DNA of 64,000 nucleotides from a virus (Duplodnaviria; Caudoviricetes): IMG/VR virus record IMGVR_UViG_3300010885_013533, positions 1,748 to 65,747 of that record; one strand, 5' to 3'. Shown piece by piece: positions 58,450 to 64,000 of this stretch (position 1 is its first letter; each line of letters starts with the position of its first letter). The notes under the pieces were generated by a model. It saw only the letters and a program-made list of their open reading frames with translations, ran no database searches and was not told where the DNA came from. The position numbers and the translations under genes were made by a program.

Positions 58450-58755
58450 ATGACCGTGAACCGTGAACGTAAGAAGGTTTGGCGTGAAGTAACCAGCTTG
58501 GACATGGAGTATATGAGTCTGGATAGTGTGATTGCTGAACTTCAGTCATATCGCAATCAGTATGGCGCCCACACTCGTATAGAGAAGAGGCAATATGATT
58601 ATAGTGATGGTGAGTACTATGCTGTCATGTGTGAGCGTGACGAGACCGATTATGAAATGACCAAGCGTATTGGAAAGGAAGAGCGATGGGAAGCTGAAAA
58701 GACTGCTCGTGATCTAGCAGAACTGGCACGTTTGAAGAAGCAGTATGGAGGCTAA
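58450..58755 (+). CDS. hypothetical early protein
   Basis: AAGGAG RBS; RDETDYE…ELARLKKQY. Confidence 0.75.
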   Translation: MTVNRERKKVWREVTSLDMEYMSLDSVIAELQSYRNQYGAHTRIEKRQYDYSDGEYYAVMCERDETDYEMTKRIGKEERWEAEKTARDLAELARLKKQYGG

Positions 58756-58759
58756 CAAA

Positions 58760-58978
58760 ATGCGATATCTGGTATTTGGTGGTAGTGAATACTACCCTGG
58801 CGGTGGCATGCAGGACCTTGTGGGCTCCTTTGATGATCTGGCTCCGGCGGTGGCTCGCATGCGTGAATTGCGTGAGCCAGACAAGTGGTCATATACATCA
58901 TGTGATTGGGTGCATGTGTATGATGTGCAAGCAGGCACCACCCATTATCTGAGTGACTTTGATTCACATGAATCCTGA
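58760..58978 (+). CDS. small hypothetical protein
   Basis: GGAGG RBS; YLVFGG…YYPGGGMQD. Confidence 0.7.
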   Translation: MRYLVFGGSEYYPGGGMQDLVGSFDDLAPAVARMRELREPDKWSYTSCDWVHVYDVQAGTTHYLSDFDSHES

Positions 58979-59126
58979 ACTGCTCCAGCTCAAGCTAGCC
59001 TACCATGAAGCCATGGTGACCAAGCTACAAGACACGCATCCTGAACTGGCCCTGATCTGGTTACAGGGTGTGGAACTTTTGATCAAACAGATGGAATCCT
59101 TGGGCGGATCCGCCTCAAAATCATGA
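58968..59126 (+). CDS. 52-aa hypothetical (not in ORF track)
   Basis: MNPELLQLKLAYHEAMV…; fills the gap between neighbours. Confidence 0.45.
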   Translation: MNPELLQLKLAYHEAMVTKLQDTHPELALIWLQGVELLIKQMESLGGSASKS

Positions 59127-59286
59127 TTTATGCACATGGATTCGCTTGTGATGCCGATAGCTCACAATTGTGGTGGGTGAACGGACAACGTCTCACCAAT
59201 CAGATCACCTCTTGGATGCAGCAGCGAGATATCAAGTGGCCCTGGGCGAATCTGCACACATGGAGTTTGTGCTCACATGGAGCTAG
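59123..59286 (+). pseudogene. degenerate 3' remnant of an HRTDGPA-repeat gene
   Basis: ITSWMQQRDIKWPW identical to the next gene, then 1 nt short. Confidence 0.65.
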
Positions 59287-59720
59287 AACAACCAACTATG
59301 ACCACTGATGCCGATGGCACACAGTCATTGTGGGTGAATGAGCGCCTGCATCGAACAGATGGGCCGGCGGTGATACATGCAGATGGTGTTCAGGTATGGT
59401 TTTTGGACGGCCGATGGCATAGAACAGATGGGCCTGCGGCGATACATGCAAATGGCACACAGGAGTGGTATGTGAACGGCCAACGGCATCGCACAGATGG
59501 ACCTGCGTTGATAGATGCCCATGGCACACAGAGATGGTATCTAAACAACCAATTGCATCGAACAGATGGGCCTGCTGTGATTTATGCAGATGGTGAACAG
59601 GGGTGGTATGTGAACGGACTAGATCTCACCAAGGAAATCACCTCCTGGATGCAGCAGCGAGATATCAAATGGCCCTGGGACGCCGCCGCACACATGGAGT
59701 TTGTGCTCACATGGAGCTAG
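59277..59720 (+). CDS. WYxNGxxHRTDGPA repeat protein (4 repeats of 23 aa)
   Basis: Four HRTDGPA units then ITSWMQQRDIKWPW…FVLTWS. Confidence 0.8.
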   Translation: MELEQPTMTTDADGTQSLWVNERLHRTDGPAVIHADGVQVWFLDGRWHRTDGPAAIHANGTQEWYVNGQRHRTDGPALIDAHGTQRWYLNNQLHRTDGPAVIYADGEQGWYVNGLDLTKEITSWMQQRDIKWPWDAAAHMEFVLTWS

Positions 59721-59830
59721 AACAACCAACTATGACCACTGATGCCTATGGCACACGGTCATGGCGTGTGAACGGACTATTGCATCGCACAGATGGGCCT
59801 GCGGCGATAGATGCCGATGGACCCTTTTAA
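59711..59830 (+). pseudogene. truncated 5' copy of the HRTDGPA-repeat gene
   Basis: MELEQPTMTTDA…HRTDGPAAIDADGPF-stop, cut off at the next promoter. Confidence 0.7.
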
Positions 59831-59833
59831 TGG

Positions 59834-59861
59834 TTGACAAGCTGGTTAACCATGCTATAAT
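59834..59861 (+). promoter_or_regulatory. early promoter TTGACA-N16-TATAAT
   Basis: Perfect hexamers, TGn extension. Confidence 0.8.
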
Positions 59862-59879
59862 GGCGCTACAACGACGGAG

Positions 59880-60656
59880 ATGCTGTTCATGATGGACCGT
59901 TTTGAAGCTGTACGCACTCGCACCCAGGAGGTTTTGGCCAAGGCTGAACTCATGTATGGTGTGCAGATTGATCCCAAGATCCTGTTCAATCTGAAAGGTC
60001 GTGTGGCCGGGTGGGCTGGCTGCAAGTTTTGCCGCATCACCCGTAAGGCACAAGACTTCACCTTGCGTTTCAACAGCGAGCTCATTCAGGGCAAGCATTT
60101 CGATGACATGATGAACCTCACAATTCCTCATGAAGTAGCCCACTTGGTGTGCTATGCTCGTCCTGACCTGGGTGCCAATCATAACCCAGGCTGGAAGCGG
60201 GTGTGTGTGAGCCTGGGTGGAAGTGGTGACAGAACTCACAGCTATGATACAACCCCTGCACGTGGCGATGGGTTCACTTACCGCGCAACGTGTGGCACTG
60301 AGATCACGGTGAGTGCTGTGATCCATGGTAAGATCCAAATGGGTCAAGGTCGTGTGCTCCGTAAGACCAAGGGACGTATCCATAAGGATTGTGCATGGGT
60401 CCCTTATGGACAGCCCATACTCACTGCGCCTGTGGCACCCACACCCACAGTGCAACCTGTGATGCCTGCACAGAAAGTGGTGCACACTCGCAAGCAGGGT
60501 GAGCTCACGTGGGCTGGGAAGGTGCGGCGCTTGATCCGGGCGCACAAGCCGCAGGGCATCAGTCAAGAAACTGTGATCTGCTTGGCTATTATGGAACTGG
60601 GTATGACCCGGGAACGTGCCAAAAGCTGTGTGAAGGCGCATTGGGACAAATTTTAA
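59880..60656 (+). CDS. SprT-like zinc metalloprotease
   Basis: LKGRVAG, TIPHEVAH, HNPGWKRV, HSYD. Confidence 0.85.
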   Translation: MLFMMDRFEAVRTRTQEVLAKAELMYGVQIDPKILFNLKGRVAGWAGCKFCRITRKAQDFTLRFNSELIQGKHFDDMMNLTIPHEVAHLVCYARPDLGANHNPGWKRVCVSLGGSGDRTHSYDTTPARGDGFTYRATCGTEITVSAVIHGKIQMGQGRVLRKTKGRIHKDCAWVPYGQPILTAPVAPTPTVQPVMPAQKVVHTRKQGELTWAGKVRRLIRAHKPQGISQETVICLAIMELGMTRERAKSCVKAHWDKF

Positions 60657-60671
60657 CAGGAGATAAGCAAC

Positions 60672-60932
60672 ATGGAAAACAACATGAATATCAAGCAGCC
60701 CAAAATGGTGGAAGTTAAGTATGGCGATCATAGTGACTATTGGCATCCTGATCCTGCAGTTCGAGCAATGCTGATAGACGCCATGCGAGCTGTGGCAGCA
60801 CAAAATGACATGAATGTCACCAAGATTGTGGATCCTGTTAATGAAATGGATCGCCTTGCAGATTTGGATGCTCAAGTTCAAGGTGATCATCATGCACAAG
60901 CCTTGTCCTGGATCCTCAATGCTCGTCCATGA
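60672..60932 (+). CDS. hypothetical protein
   Basis: AGGAG RBS, 86 aa. Confidence 0.7.
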   Translation: MENNMNIKQPKMVEVKYGDHSDYWHPDPAVRAMLIDAMRAVAAQNDMNVTKIVDPVNEMDRLADLDAQVQGDHHAQALSWILNARP

Positions 60933-60967
60933 ACATTGTAACATAGCAACATGCAAGGCTGAGTAGT

Positions 60968-61369
60968 ATGATGGAATGTGTGATCATGGGTGACAGCATT
61001 GCACAAGGTGTGGCTCGTTTTCGCCCCACTTGTGCGCAAATCACTCAACAGGGGGTAAACTCACTCACCTTCAATAACAGTCTGATTCAGTCTGTTAATG
61101 CTCGTTATGTGTTGATCAGTCTGGGCAGCAATGACGTGGGCACACCAGATCTGCCACGCCATCTGGCAGCAATCAGGAGTCGCATTCAGAGCAGGGAAGT
61201 CACCTGGCTGTTGAGCGTGAACAACCCACAAGCTGCTGCACAAGTGCAGCAAATTGCAAGAGCACATGGTGATCGTGTGGTTCATGTAAGGGCGGTGGTG
61301 GGACCAGATGGTGTGCACCCCTCCACATCTGGATATCATCGGTTGAATCAAATGTGGCGTCCACTATAA
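60968..61369 (+). CDS. minimal SGNH/GDSL hydrolase
   Basis: GDSIA, LGSND, DGVHP. Confidence 0.85.
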   Translation: MMECVIMGDSIAQGVARFRPTCAQITQQGVNSLTFNNSLIQSVNARYVLISLGSNDVGTPDLPRHLAAIRSRIQSREVTWLLSVNNPQAAAQVQQIARAHGDRVVHVRAVVGPDGVHPSTSGYHRLNQMWRPL

Positions 61370-61405
61370 TCAAACTGTCACTCATTCACAGGAAGATCAA
61401 GCCCA

Positions 61406-61783
61406 ATGACCATGGATAACACAGCGCCCATTTGTATAAACTTGGGTTGTGGCAAACCTTGTGTGGTTGATGGCAAACGGTTTAGGCCCGTGTGTGCTAG
61501 TTGTCACAAACATGGAGGGGCTAGACCAGGCATCATGAGGAGGAGAAACTTCCGCTGTGAAAATTTAGATGGCAGACTGGGGTTCACATGTCCTGTTAAC
61601 TGGGATCTTGCACAAGATTGGTGGAGAGTCACACATCTGGATCACATTGATGGCAACCACTTTAATAACACTATTGACAATATACAGGAACTATGTAGTA
61701 TATGCCATAGTGTTAAAGGACAAATGCAAGGTGACCATCGTGGTCACAGGTATGCAAGTTCACAACCAGGAGATGTATCATGA
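61406..61783 (+). CDS. HNH endonuclease with Zn-binding Cys pairs
   Basis: HLDHIDGNHFNN…NIQELCSICH. Confidence 0.85.
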   Translation: MTMDNTAPICINLGCGKPCVVDGKRFRPVCASCHKHGGARPGIMRRRNFRCENLDGRLGFTCPVNWDLAQDWWRVTHLDHIDGNHFNNTIDNIQELCSICHSVKGQMQGDHRGHRYASSQPGDVS

Positions 61784-62985
61784 GTGCAAGTCAGTCTGCC
61801 ATGCATACCAATCAGTTGGCCCTTATTGTGAGGCCTCATGCACAAACTGTGAATGCCACATATAAGAATTTGGCCAGTAACTATGTGACCTTGGATAATC
61901 GCATCCAACATTACATGCAGGATGCTCAATATAACAGAATGATCATGCTAGCCCAAGTGCACTGGAAGATAAGGCACCCAAGTATTACTAGTTGGAATCA
62001 GATTAGGCTGGGGCAGGCCGTGTCTGTGCCTCTCAGCAAAATTCAAATTGACTCCACACTACAACGTGAAGCGATTGTGCACTGGCTGTGCAACATTTTG
62101 CAGGATTGGAAGGCAGTACGTGTGATGCCCATTAATGTGTATCAGGACTCCAAGCAGTCCAGACCAGACTTTTATACTTGTTGGGATGGCCAACACACTG
62201 CTCTCTCACTGTGGGTGATTGCCACACAAATTCTCAAGCTGGATCCAGACACCTGCATGGTGCCTGTGTTTATTCATTCCAGCACTAGCAAGGAAGAAAT
62301 GCGAGAGAATTTCACAGAGCTAAATGGTCCCGCCAAAACGCCAGTTAGTAAAGCTGAACTGTTCAGGCAGCAGGTTTTAGGTGTACGAGTAGATAATAAT
62401 AAGCGTCCAGATTGGCTGGAGAGTGAGCGCCAGCAAGTTATCCTGGAAAAGTATGACATGTTTGTGGTAGATTCCAGTAGTAATCTGGCTCAGCAACCTG
62501 GTGCTATTACTAACATGAGTGAATTGTTGGTTACAGGGAATAACAAGCAATACAGCATGGACAACCTGGAGTCGTTTTGCATGCTCATGAATGCAGCCGG
62601 ATTAAATCGTGCTGTAGAAAGTGCAGAGATGTGGCAATGGATGGATTATTTTAGGGAATGTGCACGCAATAAGATCAAAGTGGATGGCAATTATATTGAC
62701 ACTTTGGCTCTTGTGATTAAGTCCTGTTTTCAAACCTTCAATAGCAGGGTGATTCATGAAAAAGGCAAGCATGCATACATGGAGTGGTTTAGGTATGCAC
62801 GTATTGGTGCGAACGGATCAGGCACAGGTGCGCAATGGTCTTCTTCGAACCGTAAAGACTATCACCTTTACTATCTGACACAGGTGCTTAAAAAGTGGAG
62901 TCACCTAAATGTGCCTAATGTCCCCATGCCCAACTGGCAGATTGATCCACAGTATCTGGAACTAACCTATCTGCAGGCACCTTGA
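61780..62985 (+). CDS. ParB/Srx-like N-terminal domain protein
   Basis: IQIDSTLQR and WDGQHT motifs, F..LN. Confidence 0.55.
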   Translation: MSASQSAMHTNQLALIVRPHAQTVNATYKNLASNYVTLDNRIQHYMQDAQYNRMIMLAQVHWKIRHPSITSWNQIRLGQAVSVPLSKIQIDSTLQREAIVHWLCNILQDWKAVRVMPINVYQDSKQSRPDFYTCWDGQHTALSLWVIATQILKLDPDTCMVPVFIHSSTSKEEMRENFTELNGPAKTPVSKAELFRQQVLGVRVDNNKRPDWLESERQQVILEKYDMFVVDSSSNLAQQPGAITNMSELLVTGNNKQYSMDNLESFCMLMNAAGLNRAVESAEMWQWMDYFRECARNKIKVDGNYIDTLALVIKSCFQTFNSRVIHEKGKHAYMEWFRYARIGANGSGTGAQWSSSNRKDYHLYYLTQVLKKWSHLNVPNVPMPNWQIDPQYLELTYLQAP

Positions 62986-63049
62986 GCTTATGCAAGCATC
63001 AATCACGCCACAATGATCAAATTTTAATATAAGCAAGGAGTTATCTGTT

Positions 63050-63328
63050 ATGGGCTATGATGATGATAATGATGACGAATATCCAGAATATCATGACAAC
63101 TTGCATGATGAGCCCCTTACGGAGGCTGATATTTGGGTACTACAGTATCTGAGTCAAATGTTTGCAAATGATCAAATATTTGATTTCACAAGCTACTTTA
63201 ATAATGTTGAGTTAGACCATCAATTTATCTTGCAGAGTTTGGAACACCAAGATGCCCTAGTGCAAGGCGATGCACATCCTTGGGCACTGGATCAGATCAT
63301 GCAATCCTATCATAAACATAGCAGTTAA
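63050..63328 (+). CDS. acidic hypothetical protein
   Basis: AAGGAG RBS, 92 aa. Confidence 0.7.
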   Translation: MGYDDDNDDEYPEYHDNLHDEPLTEADIWVLQYLSQMFANDQIFDFTSYFNNVELDHQFILQSLEHQDALVQGDAHPWALDQIMQSYHKHSS

Positions 63329-63340
63329 AGGAGCAATAGC

Positions 63341-63634
63341 ATGGAACGTGAAACGCCATATACTCTGGATCAGCAACGAGTGGCAGATTGGATTTTAACT
63401 CGCAGCCACAACCAATTGGGCGCAGGGGATGACCCTATTGGCTTTTTGTTGGCAAGTTATGAGCAGATTCATGCTGAGCTCACACTAGCCCAGTCACTGG
63501 TCAAACTGTGTGAAAAATTTGTCCGCGATCAGCACATCAATTGTGAAGAAACTGTGTATCAATCAGATCGTGTGATTGAAAATGCATATGAATTTATACA
63601 TCATGTATGTGACATTGTGGGCTACCACGAATAA
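63341..63634 (+). CDS. hypothetical protein
   Basis: AAGGAG RBS, 97 aa. Confidence 0.7.
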   Translation: MERETPYTLDQQRVADWILTRSHNQLGAGDDPIGFLLASYEQIHAELTLAQSLVKLCEKFVRDQHINCEETVYQSDRVIENAYEFIHHVCDIVGYHE

Positions 63635-63660
63635 ACGCACATACAGGGTGGATAACGGAC

Positions 63661-63885
63661 ATGCAGTATTATTGTTTTAACAAGAAGTCTGAACATACTG
63701 ATGCTAAGAGCAATACTGTGGTTGTAATGTCTGAGGAAGAGATCATTGCAGAGTTCTATGATCGTTGGTATGATGCAATGGTGTCTAAGTTTGGCCAAGA
63801 AGCCGTAGATGCTGGCTACTGTAAAGATGACTGTATTGACGATTGGTGTATCATAAACGGGGCATGGGAGAGTACCAATGAGTAA
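63661..63885 (+). CDS. small hypothetical protein
   Basis: 74 aa, SEEEII…DCIDDW. Confidence 0.7.
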   Translation: MQYYCFNKKSEHTDAKSNTVVVMSEEEIIAEFYDRWYDAMVSKFGQEAVDAGYCKDDCIDDWCIINGAWESTNE

Positions 63886-64000
63886 TATTAAAATCGAATG
63901 TGCGCCTGGCACTAAATGTTCTCGTTGTTGGAAGGTTCTTGAAGAAGTGGGCTTCTGTTCTGACCACAAAGATCTTTGTTTTCGTTGTGTAAGTGTAGTA
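63878..64000 (+). CDS. stand-alone IleRS/FPG-type zinc finger (runs off window end)
   Basis: MSNIKIECAPGTKCSRCWKVLEEVGFCSDHKDLCFRCVSVV; GGGAG RBS. Confidence 0.7.
   Translation, partial: MSNIKIECAPGTKCSRCWKVLEEVGFCSDHKDLCFRCVSVV

Noticed and set aside
59177-59820. DGR template/variable repeat pair
   Set aside because: Differences involve all four bases and an indel; no reverse transcriptase nearby
59730-60956. 408-aa minus-strand ORF
   Set aside because: Antisense to the SprT-like gene and neighbours, which have promoter, RBS and motifs
1-64000. Stop-codon reassignment as seen in some large phages
   Set aside because: Conserved genes are full length in code 11 and TAA, TAG and TGA all terminate genes at expected positions

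Overview
64-kb segment of a large, distantly T4-like tailed (jumbo-type) dsDNA phage genome, standard genetic code. The host is most likely an alphaproteobacterium (inferred from a permuted two-piece tmRNA with a GGCAGCA T-loop, and alpha-type DnaK and YccA). Most genes are on the minus strand: dnaK (one apparent frameshift, ROSE-like leader), a metallophosphoesterase, nine tandem 21-aa LRR-like paralogues sharing a near-invariant C-terminus (…AAAELIRAGYKDNARW) directly downstream of a double-AAA MoxR-like ATPase / HExxH peptidase / vWA trio, topoisomerase II (gp39+60- and gp52-like), tmRNA, glutaredoxin, nrdB, nrdA fractured by a split intein with a MobE-like HNH gene between the halves, virion genes, IscA/HesB, helicase, primase, a miniature DnaE-like polymerase, a radical SAM fusion and an intein-containing UvsW-like helicase. 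From about 57.6 kb a plus-strand block of small, probably early genes is driven by TTGACA-N16-TANANT promoters. The best candidate for an undescribed system is the variable LRR array coupled to the MoxR/peptidase/vWA module. All family assignments come from motif recognition by eye; no database search was run.
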